Assembly (NCBI GenBank): GCA_964647565.1 | Contig: CAZYIM010000003.1 | Location: 67,045 to 106,211 of the forward strand | Reading direction: 5' to 3' | DNA: 39,167 bases | Origin: an uncultured Methanosarcinales archaeon | GTDB lineage: Archaea; Nanobdellota; Nanobdellia; Woesearchaeales; CAZYIM01 | Shown: positions 26,421 through 36,283 of the stretch, piece by piece | How positions within the stretch are numbered: the first letter of the stretch is position 1 | Layout of the letters: the number at the start of each line of letters is the position of its first letter | Notes under the pieces: generated by a model | The model's input: only the letters and a program-made list of their open reading frames with translations | What the model was told of the DNA's origin: nothing | Databases searched by the model: none | Program-made: the position numbers and the translations under genes

Positions 26421-26906
26421 CTAGTGGTTATTATTTTCGAGGTTATGCAGAATATCTCTGAGATTCCCTTCGATGATAGTCAAGTCCTCGACTTCTTTAA
26501 ATCCTTGTTTTTTATACCAGGAGAGTGGATGTTTATGGTGCTTGAAGGTGTTAGCCTCAAAGCACTTTGCATTATATTTCTCAATTGCTGTTCTATAGAC
26601 TACTTTTGAGATTTTTGATCCAATACCTTTTTTTTGGTGATCGGGATCAATAATGATTTCACCATCAAAAAGATGGTTACCATCACACCAAGGCTTAACA
26701 CCTGCGACAAATGCGCCGATGATTTTCTTTTTTTCTTCTGCAAGAAAGAATAAGTCTGGTTGTTTATTGAACCAATAGAGTAGCAGGTTATATGCAGTCT
26801 TTTCAGTCCACCTTTCGCCAACATCAAAAACAGTAAAGACCTTGCAGTACAAACTGGCAAGCTCTTGTAAGTCTTCCTTTTTAGCAAGCCTTATGTTTAT
26901 CATCAT
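26421..26906 (-). CDS. GNAT N-acetyltransferase
   Basis: IDPDHQKKGIGS motif A; WYKKQGF. Confidence 0.9.
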   Translation of the reverse strand: MMINIRLAKKEDLQELASLYCKVFTVFDVGERWTEKTAYNLLLYWFNKQPDLFFLAEEKKKIIGAFVAGVKPWCDGNHLFDGEIIIDPDHQKKGIGSKISKVVYRTAIEKYNAKCFEANTFKHHKHPLSWYKKQGFKEVEDLTIIEGNLRDILHNLENNNH

Positions 26907-26961
26907 GTACTTTTAAGTTAACAGATATAAATTTCTTTCGAAAATAATATCAATAGATTCA

Positions 26962-27282
26962 TTATGTATTCTTTGGTTTCTTTGTTTCCCAATCCAGAAT
27001 ACAATTAAACTTATCTGCATGCTTTTGGCTTTTGGGATATTCTTTGCAGATCTTAGGCCTTGTATCGTAAATCTCACAGCCTTTTTTCATGTCAAGAAAT
27101 ATACAGCCAGAATCATCTTTTTTAGATATTAGGAATGCAGTCGTGCCAGTCCAGGTCTCGCAACATAATAGAATATCATATCTCTGCTCTTTTTTCCAAC
27201 GATTTAAATCCTCTTTGAAAACTCTTATTATGCTTTCTTGGCAGCACTTGCGGCATTTTCCGCAGCTATTTATCTTGGCCAT
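26962..27282 (-). CDS. YkgJ-family (CxxCxxCC) Zn/Fe-chelating protein
   Basis: SCGKCRKCC, CIFL, CEIYDTRPKICKEYP; start taken at ATG 27282. Confidence 0.85.
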   Translation of the reverse strand: MAKINSCGKCRKCCQESIIRVFKEDLNRWKKEQRYDILLCCETWTGTTAFLISKKDDSGCIFLDMKKGCEIYDTRPKICKEYPKSQKHADKFNCILDWETKKPKNT

Positions 27283-27289
27283 AAGATCT

Positions 27290-27745
27290 TTACAGTTCAC
27301 CTCGTATCTTCTCTGCAATCTCAGTCAGTTCATCATCATTGGCTCTTGGACCTGAAGGGGGTGTAACCCGGGGTCCAATTTTCAAACCTTCGATATCATA
27401 GAGATCTTCCTCAGTTTCTTCACTAAATTCATAGATTGGATAGAGTTTGATATGCGCATGAGGCACTTCAAGTCCCTCTGCTACCATCACAACAGTATAA
27501 CAGTCCAGTTTTTCTTTTAGGAGCTTACCAACTTTTTTAGCAGTAGATAGTAATTTTCCATATTCGGCATCTTTGATGTCAAAGACAAAGCTGGGTTCGT
27601 GCGCCTTAGGAATTACAAGAGTCATACCCTTGCCTCTTGGAAATATGTCTAGAATTGCGATATGATCTTCATCCTCCCAAACTTTATGTGATGGTATATC
27701 GCCTTTTACAATCTTACAGAATATGCAGTCGTCTATTTCATCCAC
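27290..27745 (-). CDS. HIT-family nucleotide-binding protein
   Basis: CIFCKI, LDIFP, LVIPKAH, VPHAHIKLYP. Confidence 0.9.
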   Translation of the reverse strand: MDEIDDCIFCKIVKGDIPSHKVWEDEDHIAILDIFPRGKGMTLVIPKAHEPSFVFDIKDAEYGKLLSTAKKVGKLLKEKLDCYTVVMVAEGLEVPHAHIKLYPIYEFSEETEEDLYDIEGLKIGPRVTPPSGPRANDDELTEIAEKIRGEL

Positions 27746-27749
27746 CCCC

Positions 27750-28433
27750 TTATAGGAAATCTTTCAGACCGTTTAGATCAAGAATCTTATTCTCGTACTC
27801 TCTTCTGTCTCGCCTGTCAACCAGTATAGCTTTAATACCTGCAGTTTCAGCTCCCTTGACATCTGTTTCAAGTGAGTCGCCAACCATTAAGACTTGTTCT
27901 ACTTTCTTGACCTTGATTTTTTTCATGGCCCTGTTGAACATATCTGGATCAGTTTTCAGGTGTCCGACTTCATAGGAGAGTACAATCTCATCAAAGTAAT
28001 CATTGAGTTTGAATTTCTCAATCAATTGCACAACAGAAAAACAATCTGTGTTGACCAGAAGCACAAGCTTATATTTTTTCTTTAGTTCTGTTAACACTTG
28101 CTCTGTTTCAGGATAGAGTTTGGCTAGAAGAGTGTTCTTGTTCCACATGCCTACCAACTTGTCAAATACAAATTCAGGTGGATGTAGATCAAATTCCTTG
28201 GCCACGTCTTTGAATGCATTATAGAGATTATCGTATTTATTCAACATAAACACTTTTTCAAACCTAACAATATACTCATTGAAAGGTAACCTAATCCTAA
28301 AGATCCTCTGTACCTGCCTTACAGGCGATGGAAAAATGCCATTTTCTACTACGGTTCCCCAAAAATCAAAGAAGATGGCTTTATACTTTCCCCCTTTTGC
28401 TATTTTGAACCACCTCTTAGTTCGTAAAATCAA
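27750..28433 (-). CDS. HAD-superfamily hydrolase (true start possibly ATA at 28403)
   Basis: FFDFWGTV, MVGDSLETD; paralogue of 15712-16362. Confidence 0.85.
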   Translation of the reverse strand: MILRTKRWFKIAKGGKYKAIFFDFWGTVVENGIFPSPVRQVQRIFRIRLPFNEYIVRFEKVFMLNKYDNLYNAFKDVAKEFDLHPPEFVFDKLVGMWNKNTLLAKLYPETEQVLTELKKKYKLVLLVNTDCFSVVQLIEKFKLNDYFDEIVLSYEVGHLKTDPDMFNRAMKKIKVKKVEQVLMVGDSLETDVKGAETAGIKAILVDRRDRREYENKILDLNGLKDFL

Positions 28434-28545
28434 GGTCCTTTTTAAAGTTTGCTGTTAAACATGAAAATATGGGCATGACTACCATCAAGTCATTAACAAT
28501 ATTTTTAAGAGATGTTCATTATGACTGGTTTGAGCCTATATCGCG

Positions 28546-28947
28546 ATGATAAAATTAAGGTGTATTGGAACTAGAGCTGAGAGTATGTCAGCAATAGCTA
28601 TATGGATAGTTGGAGTTCTTGCAGCTGTCATATGCGTGTTCTGGATTATCAAACAGATGGGACCCCAACATATCTCTATGGAAGAAATCCAGGCTGATTT
28701 GGAAACACTTCAGATAAAACTTTCTAATGCTTGTAACGGCGCTAAATATTACACAACATACAATCCCCACTTAGGAAAAGGCACTCTATTTATCAATGAT
28801 ACAACAATATGCATGAATGCCACTAAGATTGGTAAATGCACAAGTTTGTTGTGTTCACTTCAAGTGCATCAGAAGATTAATCTGGATAATGTTACCCTGC
28901 TGCACATCCGTAAAGAAAATGGTAAATATAACATCACATATGAATAA
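28546..28947 (+). CDS. Pilin-like membrane-anchored protein
   Basis: RA|ESMS followed by a hydrophobic helix; Cys-containing extracellular part. Confidence 0.6.
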   Translation: MIKLRCIGTRAESMSAIAIWIVGVLAAVICVFWIIKQMGPQHISMEEIQADLETLQIKLSNACNGAKYYTTYNPHLGKGTLFINDTTICMNATKIGKCTSLLCSLQVHQKINLDNVTLLHIRKENGKYNITYE

Positions 28948-29380
28948 GAAAGCCGATTATAAAATCATCACCATCTTCTTTTTTATAATTTGTTTAGTCA
29001 TAGTCACATTGGGCATTGTCTATTACTATCGATCTGTAATTGTGCTTAATAACCAAGCCAACCTAATACTTGAAAGATCAAACTCAATATTATTGGTCAA
29101 AGATAATCTCTATCAATGTTTTGGAGAGATTTTTGATCCGAGGTTGCTTGAGACGATGGGCTGCCTGAACGGTCAGAATATAGCTGATAGGAACCTTGGC
29201 ACCCTTATCGAAGGTTTCCAGGTGGAACAAAAAGCAATCAAGGGATGTAATCATGCACAATGGAACTGGACTAAACCTGATACTAAAGGTTTAGGTGGGG
29301 ATCAGTACATTTACTACATTCCTATTTACAACAACCAGACAGGAGCTATATGTCTGGGTAGACTTATGATGTGGACCTAA
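28940..29380 (+). CDS. Pilin-like membrane-anchored protein
   Basis: MNKKA|DY plus hydrophobic helix (class III signal-like); start reassigned to ATG 28940. Confidence 0.65.
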   Translation: MNKKADYKIITIFFFIICLVIVTLGIVYYYRSVIVLNNQANLILERSNSILLVKDNLYQCFGEIFDPRLLETMGCLNGQNIADRNLGTLIEGFQVEQKAIKGCNHAQWNWTKPDTKGLGGDQYIYYIPIYNNQTGAICLGRLMMWT

Positions 29381-30838
29381 ATGGGAGTAATACAAAACAT
29401 AATAGCTGTTGTAGTCATGTTTTTCATGTTCATAATCATAGGTATGCTGATTTCCCAAGCTCAGATAAAGAATGTTGCTATGAAGGTGCAAGAAGGTCAG
29501 ACCTTATTTATCGATAAACTCAATTCAAATAATCTTAATACAGTTCTCTTATTGACAGAAGAAGTTTCAGATAAGAAGTTGGGCACGCTGATTGCATATT
29601 CTATATACACTCGCGAAAAGATCTTAAACTTAAGCAATAATTATATTGACATTGAAACAATTTTAAAGGAATCTTTTGATGAGGTTTTCAGTAATGGTAG
29701 TTATTATCTTGAAGTCAAACCCAATTTTGAAGATATTACATTGAACTTTGTTATTGATGGTTCTAATAGCCTTAGGGAAGAAAGAGAGGAATTGGCAAAC
29801 AAGCTTCCGGATATCTTAGCAACTGCTAGGGGTGATGATGGCAGAAATGCTACAATTTCAATATTCATTCTATCTGGGCTTCCACAATGTAACCTCTTTA
29901 ATCAGAAATTTATTGAATTTAATATTACAGGCGGAACTTGCATAGAACTTAATGCTATAAATAATACAGGCCATCTTTATATTGATCCTGCTAATAATGA
30001 TTCAGATGACTATCGTGTTGTCTATAATATTACTCCTCCGTATAACTATCCTGGTAAACCCTCAACTTCCAGACTTGAAGAGCACTATTATGAGTCTGAC
30101 TGGGCAGCAGGAGTTGCTTATGTTTCTGATGGACTCGGCGAACGCTCAGTTGCCAAACTTGATATGATATTTCCAATGGGTGACGAGCTCTCTACAAGCT
30201 CTTTTGCAGATCAATGTTTTGCCAGCGGTCTTACACTTGGGGACCGGCTCATGTGCGATTTCTGTGATCTTAGTTGTTCAGATTCAAACAGTACAATAAC
30301 AGAGAACAGATCGCTTGAGATGGTCTTAAAAGCTCTTGAGATGGCTAAATTGAATGGGCAGATCATGGTTCCAATATTTGCTTATAGTTGTGAATTTTAC
30401 TCACCTGCAATCAATAGTTCTTACAAAGATAAATGGTTCTTCTGGAATAAGGTCTATCAACTAAAGAAGGGTAAGAATTATGATGTAGACAATCAGGAAA
30501 CTCTTTGTTCAGACAATGACTGCAAAGGTTGTTCCACTTTAGATGGTACATTCAACCAGGTTTGTCTGCATCCTAACTGTAAATCAGAGATACATTTCCA
30601 GATGCAGATAATGGCAAATAACACACAAGGGAAAGTCATCAACCTGACCGATGTAGCTTCATTCTCAGATATTTTAACTGATGTAATCAATGAGACTATC
30701 GCCCAATTTACAATACGCGTAGGCGTCAAGAAGGACAGTGACGAGATTTATGTATATGAAAGAAAACTACCCTTGCCTGCCGAAAACAAGTTTTTGGATC
30801 TTAAATTATGGGTTTACAAACCTGTCAATCAAGAATAA
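29381..30838 (+). CDS. Membrane-anchored vWA-like domain protein
   Basis: N-terminal TM helix; FVIDGSNS (DxSxS MIDAS) and IFPMGDE; several Cys-rich inserts and N-x-S/T sites. Confidence 0.7.
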   Translation: MGVIQNIIAVVVMFFMFIIIGMLISQAQIKNVAMKVQEGQTLFIDKLNSNNLNTVLLLTEEVSDKKLGTLIAYSIYTREKILNLSNNYIDIETILKESFDEVFSNGSYYLEVKPNFEDITLNFVIDGSNSLREEREELANKLPDILATARGDDGRNATISIFILSGLPQCNLFNQKFIEFNITGGTCIELNAINNTGHLYIDPANNDSDDYRVVYNITPPYNYPGKPSTSRLEEHYYESDWAAGVAYVSDGLGERSVAKLDMIFPMGDELSTSSFADQCFASGLTLGDRLMCDFCDLSCSDSNSTITENRSLEMVLKALEMAKLNGQIMVPIFAYSCEFYSPAINSSYKDKWFFWNKVYQLKKGKNYDVDNQETLCSDNDCKGCSTLDGTFNQVCLHPNCKSEIHFQMQIMANNTQGKVINLTDVASFSDILTDVINETIAQFTIRVGVKKDSDEIYVYERKLPLPAENKFLDLKLWVYKPVNQE

Positions 30839-30859
30839 CTAATTCGCGAGGAGACTAAT

Positions 30860-33079
30860 ATGAACAAAATGAAGAAAGCTAATGTTGTTGCACTTATACT
30901 TATAGTTGCTGCAATGCTTGCAGCTGCAGGAATATATACTGCAACCAAATTTGTACCACGAGGCGGAAAGATAATATCTACAACAGAACTTAAACAGGAA
31001 CTCAATCTCCTTATGGATGATGCTGTAAGTGACGCTCTGCTAAATGTTCTAGAATATGGATTCTCTGCTTATGACGCGACAGGTCCTATTAGAGGGACCA
31101 GTGCTTGGTATTGTACAGATCCTATTCCTCCTGATCTGAATGAAACAACTTTTGCCTTCGAGTATCATATCGAAACATATCTTAAACCCTATATTGATGG
31201 ATTTAACAAGGAATACAAAAATGTCGAACTCTCAGGGCCTACAGGTGTTGAAGTGCCTGATGTGGCTTCTATAGAAGATCTTCCTGAAAATTATTTTGAG
31301 ATAAAAATTACTGGTATAACTGCTAAGATAACAACTGAGGAGGGTGACGTACTAGAAGAAACCTTCGACCTTCCATTTAGAGTTAACTACCAGATATGGC
31401 GTATCTACAAGAACCTTCATAAATGGATGCAAGGCGACGCGCATAATATAACCCAAGATATCTATAACCTGATGAACCATGAGTGTAAGGCAAGACTCTG
31501 CACATGCGGCGGAGTATCTTTGGAGAGTAGTCTTGAAAAGCAGATGAGTGTTAACAGTAGTGATGTCATACAGATCATTGATGATTCGATTGATGATCTT
31601 AATAGTTTGTTTTCGGGTTCGGATGTTACTTGTAATTATTCGATTATTGATGAGCTTGTAGCTAACAATCCTGAATATACTTCCGCTCCTCTTGGAGATA
31701 ATATTGTAACGACCACAACTGATCTTGGAGGTGGGCGAAGGGAAATATGTAATAACGGGTTATATCATGCGCCTTGTAGTAGAGATGACGATCAACCTGA
31801 TACTATGGTTCCTAATACAGCAGATTATGGCGATACCTCTGAATTTGGGGTGATCCATATTCTATCAGTATTGCCTGATGTTTCCAGGGAGACTGGTAAT
31901 TTTGGTTGTCCTGTTACTGGAGGCAACAATCCTGACATAACGCCCCGACCCAGACTTTATCAACCAAGCTATATCCCTCCACTTAGTTTTTCTGAAGATG
32001 AAGATCCTGCAGTTCCAAGAAATATGATTTCAGGACCGAGGATAGACCGGCTTGGCGTCCATCAAACAGTGGCTTTTTTAATAAATGTCAAATGTGGCAG
32101 CGATTCTGAGGTTTTAGAAACTGTTGAAGGGGACATGCCCTTAGTCTCTGAAGTTCTTATGAGTTTGAGCATTCATAAGAGATGTCCTCTTCCTGTTGAA
32201 TTCTCACCTGTTAAGAGTATGTGTGCAGTTACCGATGACTGTAGGATAGAAGATGATGGCAGTGGTGATGGTGATGGTGACGGTGATGGAGATGGTGCTG
32301 GTGATGGTGATGGTGATGGAGATGGTGATGGTGATGGAGGTGGCGATGGCTCTGGAGGTGGCGATGATGAGACGGATCCCCTCGACAATGAATGTGATCC
32401 TGCTGACGCCAACTTCCCAAACAACTGTCGTGATCCTACTGGCATTTGTGAGCAATGTGCTACAGATGATGGCACATTTTATTATTGTAAAGACATGGGT
32501 CCTGTCTTGGCTGTATGTGAGGAATGCATAGCTGGAACTGTTCAGAATGCTGCCCCAGGCACAAATTGTGGTGCGTCAGGAGCTGATGAAGTATGTAAAG
32601 TTTGTGATTCTTCAGGGACTTGCAATGATGTTGCTCCAGATAACACTCCCTGTGGGGATGGTATCTGCAATCGTTGTTCAGGAGGTTCATGCCAACCAAG
32701 CTCTACTGATGAGGACTGTGGATTTTGTGGAGCCTGTAGTGGCGGATCATGCACAGGCGACAAAGAAGGCACTGCTTGTTCAGGTAATGATGGATGTTCT
32801 GATGATTCTGACGGCTGTTATGTTTGTGAATGTCAAAGCGATGGTAACTGCGATTCAGAAAGAACTAGCAAAGATGAATGTGATACCTGGTCAGAATGTG
32901 GTCACACCATGGATGTGCATTGCAGTAACACAGGGTGTGACGATAGGGATTCTCTTCCAGGCGGTGTAGAATGCTGTGAAGGTCGGACTGTGGATTGTGG
33001 AAGCCAGACCTGCTGTGATTATATCAGTTCTGAGTTTGATTTTTGTGCGTCAGATTGCACTATATATCAGATCGGTTAG
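30860..33079 (+). CDS. Large surface protein with pilin-like N-terminus, (GD)n linker and Cys-rich C-terminal repeats
   Basis: KKA|NVVALILIV N-terminus; GAGGAG SD; GD repeat; dense CxxC repeats in the C-terminal ~230 aa. Confidence 0.8.
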   Translation: MNKMKKANVVALILIVAAMLAAAGIYTATKFVPRGGKIISTTELKQELNLLMDDAVSDALLNVLEYGFSAYDATGPIRGTSAWYCTDPIPPDLNETTFAFEYHIETYLKPYIDGFNKEYKNVELSGPTGVEVPDVASIEDLPENYFEIKITGITAKITTEEGDVLEETFDLPFRVNYQIWRIYKNLHKWMQGDAHNITQDIYNLMNHECKARLCTCGGVSLESSLEKQMSVNSSDVIQIIDDSIDDLNSLFSGSDVTCNYSIIDELVANNPEYTSAPLGDNIVTTTTDLGGGRREICNNGLYHAPCSRDDDQPDTMVPNTADYGDTSEFGVIHILSVLPDVSRETGNFGCPVTGGNNPDITPRPRLYQPSYIPPLSFSEDEDPAVPRNMISGPRIDRLGVHQTVAFLINVKCGSDSEVLETVEGDMPLVSEVLMSLSIHKRCPLPVEFSPVKSMCAVTDDCRIEDDGSGDGDGDGDGDGAGDGDGDGDGDGDGGGDGSGGGDDETDPLDNECDPADANFPNNCRDPTGICEQCATDDGTFYYCKDMGPVLAVCEECIAGTVQNAAPGTNCGASGADEVCKVCDSSGTCNDVAPDNTPCGDGICNRCSGGSCQPSSTDEDCGFCGACSGGSCTGDKEGTACSGNDGCSDDSDGCYVCECQSDGNCDSERTSKDECDTWSECGHTMDVHCSNTGCDDRDSLPGGVECCEGRTVDCGSQTCCDYISSEFDFCASDCTIYQIG
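32252..32368 (+). repeat. Coding hexamer tandem repeat (GGTGAT)n encoding a Gly-Asp linker
   Basis: ggtgatggtgatggtgacggtgatggagatggt... within the 30860-33079 ORF. Confidence 0.9.
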
Positions 33080-33573
33080 TCAGAAAGATTTCCATCCAGT
33101 TTCACAAACTCAACCTCATCCTTAGACGGCTCTAGAAAGACTATTGTGTTTTCAGCGCCGTAATATTGGGCACCTGGATTGATTACTCTTGTTTTTCCTT
33201 CTTTTTTATCTTCGGTCTGGTGAAAATGGCCGTAGAGGACATAGTCGTATTTGCCAGAGCTGATGAAATTCTTTAGGATATCTGTCTTATTGCCATGGGT
33301 GACTGCAAATTTCTTACCATCTATCTCAAACTCAGCAGATATCCCGAGGTATTTACAGCCAAACTCTGCCGACTTTTTTTCTATCATAGGTATATCTCCA
33401 TCACAGTTACCCTTGATGAACCAGACCTCAAGACCTTCAAAGAACCTTATGGTTCCTGGAGCACAGATGTCTCCGCAGTGAATGACCAGTTTCACACTCC
33501 TTTTCTTGAAAAGTTCAACTGCTTTTATTATATTCCAGACATTATCATGTGTGTCAGATATTATTCCAATCAT
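33076..33573 (-). CDS. YfcE/MJ0936-family metallophosphodiesterase
   Basis: SDTHDN, HCGD, KGNCD, THG, GHFH, INPG. Confidence 0.9.
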   Translation of the reverse strand: MIGIISDTHDNVWNIIKAVELFKKRSVKLVIHCGDICAPGTIRFFEGLEVWFIKGNCDGDIPMIEKKSAEFGCKYLGISAEFEIDGKKFAVTHGNKTDILKNFISSGKYDYVLYGHFHQTEDKKEGKTRVINPGAQYYGAENTIVFLEPSKDEVEFVKLDGNLSD

Positions 33574-33639
33574 ATTAACACCCCGCGTATTAGAAAAAAA
33601 TGGCTGTTTTAATATTTTATGGAAAGTTTAACTTCGTGA

Positions 33640-33779
33640 GAAAATAAGCATTCATGGTCACTCCACTACGTTGTGTTCTCGGGTTCGCAAAGAGGCTTGC
33701 GAACCATGGCCAGGCGAGCCGAAGGCGAGTAGGGCATGCATAGCATGACCGTCTGTGCCATGTATGGATGCTTATTTTC
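33640..33779 (+). ncRNA. Structured intergenic element; candidate short SRP-like RNA (alternatively MITE/REP-like)
   Basis: 16 nt terminal inverted repeat (one G-U pair); internal 9 bp hairpin; GAAC...GCCAGG...GAAGG...AGTAG resembles SRP helix 8; TTTAATAT about 25 nt upstream. Confidence 0.4.
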
Positions 33780-33795
33780 ATTAATTATATTTATT

Positions 33796-34137
33796 TCAAC
33801 CCGACAACTCAATCCTCTCAATCAATATCTCTTTTTTTCCCATGTATTCTTCAACTTTTCCTTCTACTGTCACATTATAGCCCTCGCTCACATTCACATC
33901 TTCAAAGATCAAGGCCATGATGGTGTTTTCCTGTGATATGATTATCCTGGTCAAATTATTCCCTTGTTTTACTTCCACAACCTTGCCTGTTATCTTGACC
34001 AGTTTATCAATATCCTGATCAGTGATGTTAATAAGAGCTTTTTCAGGCAGCTCCCTAGTCTGCAGAACATAAAAAAGGAAGATTAATCCAAGTATGGTTG
34101 TCAAAAGAGCTGTCTTGAGCAATACAGAGTCATCCAT
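33796..34137 (-). CDS. Membrane-anchored OB-fold protein
   Basis: N-terminal TM helix; VKITGKV...VTVEGKVEEYMGKKEI. Confidence 0.8.
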   Translation of the reverse strand: MDDSVLLKTALLTTILGLIFLFYVLQTRELPEKALINITDQDIDKLVKITGKVVEVKQGNNLTRIIISQENTIMALIFEDVNVSEGYNVTVEGKVEEYMGKKEILIERIELSG

Positions 34138-34189
34138 GAATTTTTTTTTTTTTTAACTGTTTAAATTGATTATTTAAGAAAATACGGAA

Positions 34190-35230
34190 TTATTTCGGAT
34201 CATTTATAATCCTGCGTTCTTTTTCTAAATTGCTAGCAACATCTTTTCCAATAGTACCAACAACATATTTAAACATGAAATAACCAAATAAATCTTCATT
34301 ATTGCATTTGACCAAGGAAAAATTATCATATCCCCTGGACAGAAATTCATTTTCAATCTTTTTCTTAAGGATATATTCCTCGAGTTCCTTTAAGTTGATC
34401 TTGTGCGTCTTACTGGCAACAATCAAGTCATTCTGGGTTTGTGAGTTCATTATCTCGAAAGTAAGCCAGGGTTCATCTTTCTCGTCACGTTGCTCCCAAC
34501 TTGTTCCTGCACTTACAGCAATATCAACATCTCTTTGATATTCTTTTGTAATTTCTTTGGTTATAAACTGAATGCCTTTTTCTTTTGCATATTCAGCACC
34601 ATATTTGATGATTTCTGAATTCTTGATATCTGGTTCGGTCTTGATGGTATTGACATAATCTATTATCTCATTTAATCCCATCTCTTCGTAGTCTTCCGCA
34701 GTGAATATAGAGGGTTTATGAAACATTGTGAATTTTATGGCCTTGGAACCTTTCATGATGATTATGCCTAAAGAGTCCTGGCTGTCATATCTTCCTATTT
34801 CGTCAATGCTATCAGGTGCATATTTTTCAAAAAGCATCTGATCAAGTTCTCTTGGTGATAGAAACTCCTGCTTCTCTTCACAGAACTTAAGAATTGAGGC
34901 GCCAACAGGATTCCAGAGTGACTCTATGAACTGATATACCGTGTCGTTATAGATGTAATTTGCAATAAAATCCCTGAGTTTCTGCCTCTCTCCATGTTTA
35001 AACCAAGTATGGACATCCCAGCGCATCTGGACAAGATCCATTTTTGTCATGCTGATCTCATCTGTACAAAGATCAATCCTTTTCTCTATCTCTCCGGCAA
35101 CTTCTCTATCCTGACCATCACTAAATCCCTGCCTGATTTCATTAAGGACGCCTGGTACTTCATTATACCATCGACTAATTAAATAGATTTGTCCAAAATC
35201 TAGACCCTGTAAATCTGTTTGTTCTTCCAT
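34190..35230 (-). CDS. Hypothetical protein
   Basis: 346 aa acidic ORF with no recognised motif. Confidence 0.7.
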   Translation of the reverse strand: MEEQTDLQGLDFGQIYLISRWYNEVPGVLNEIRQGFSDGQDREVAGEIEKRIDLCTDEISMTKMDLVQMRWDVHTWFKHGERQKLRDFIANYIYNDTVYQFIESLWNPVGASILKFCEEKQEFLSPRELDQMLFEKYAPDSIDEIGRYDSQDSLGIIIMKGSKAIKFTMFHKPSIFTAEDYEEMGLNEIIDYVNTIKTEPDIKNSEIIKYGAEYAKEKGIQFITKEITKEYQRDVDIAVSAGTSWEQRDEKDEPWLTFEIMNSQTQNDLIVASKTHKINLKELEEYILKKKIENEFLSRGYDNFSLVKCNNEDLFGYFMFKYVVGTIGKDVASNLEKERRIINDPK

Positions 35231-35336
35231 TGAGGCAGAGGAATTAGAAATTACTAATAAGCTTTACGGAAAAAAGGTTTAGAAATAGTTTTTTATAATA
35301 ATATTTATATATTAATCTTTATTCTGAGTTTTTAAG

Positions 35337-36281
35337 GTGGTTGTAGAAACTTTGGAGGCTGTTGATGAAGATATTATCACGTCAGTTAAACCTCCAATTA
35401 CAGAACCTTCTGAGGATTATGATGGGGGACATACTCCTGAATATTCATCTTTTGCTTTAGTAGATTTATTTCCAAATCAATTCTTTGGTGATAAAGAAGC
35501 AATTGATAGTCTCAGGGATGAATTTGTGAACGCTACAAAAGACCCGGAACGAGTTTGGAAGGTCGAGAGAGATCTTCTAGATAAGTTTCTTGGACTGAAA
35601 TACGATGAAAAAGACAAGATCAGCGGAACCATACTTTGGGCCAAGACATACAAAGAGATAAAAAATGAAAAAACCCATACTTATTTCTTTGAGGATTGTG
35701 CTATCTATACTGTTGGTCCGAAGGATCGTATGTATAGTAATACTTACACTGTTGCTGCAATTACCAAGATCGACGATAGGTTCTATACATTTCTGACTCA
35801 AAGGGAGTTTGAGGACTTAGACTTCACTCCTTCTGATGGTGAGAGTGCAAAATTTGCTGAAGCGACAGTTAGGGCTTTAAGAGGTAGTTGGGGAAACCAA
35901 ACGACTGCTGAGAAAGCTATAGTGCCTCGTGCATATGTGGAAAAAGAACCGTTAATTGTGACTGTTAAGATGCCGTTCCATAATTATCAAGATCCTCCTT
36001 TGGCAGGGGGTTGGGAATTCATGGAAGGGCGAGATGAAGATACATTGGAAAAGCTTCGTATGTATGATCGGAAATTCCTTGAAATCTCCAAAGGCCTGAC
36101 TGTTAATTTGCTTGACATGCTTTCCAAGAAAGGCCCGAAGAGTTTACAATCTGGAAGTGATCTGAGATACTTTATACATAAGCATTTGTTTCCAGATACT
36201 AATCGAGTTGATTTTGTTGATATCAATGAGACTATACTTCCAGAACATCTCTCTCAGTATGAAATTTTTTCTTTTGAATGA
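35337..36281 (+). CDS. Hypothetical protein
   Basis: 314 aa ORF with TTTATATA about 25 nt upstream of the GTG. Confidence 0.7.
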   Translation: MVVETLEAVDEDIITSVKPPITEPSEDYDGGHTPEYSSFALVDLFPNQFFGDKEAIDSLRDEFVNATKDPERVWKVERDLLDKFLGLKYDEKDKISGTILWAKTYKEIKNEKTHTYFFEDCAIYTVGPKDRMYSNTYTVAAITKIDDRFYTFLTQREFEDLDFTPSDGESAKFAEATVRALRGSWGNQTTAEKAIVPRAYVEKEPLIVTVKMPFHNYQDPPLAGGWEFMEGRDEDTLEKLRMYDRKFLEISKGLTVNLLDMLSKKGPKSLQSGSDLRYFIHKHLFPDTNRVDFVDINETILPEHLSQYEIFSFE

Positions 36282-36283
36282 GA

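Noticed and set aside
32173..32531. Poly-His, poly-(SP), poly-(IT) and poly-(MV) ORFs
   Set aside because: They are alternative frames of the (GGTGAT)n Gly-Asp repeat.
33574..33795. RNase P RNA
   Set aside because: GGAAAGT and GCTTA fragments are present, but the P4 consensus context and pairing are not.
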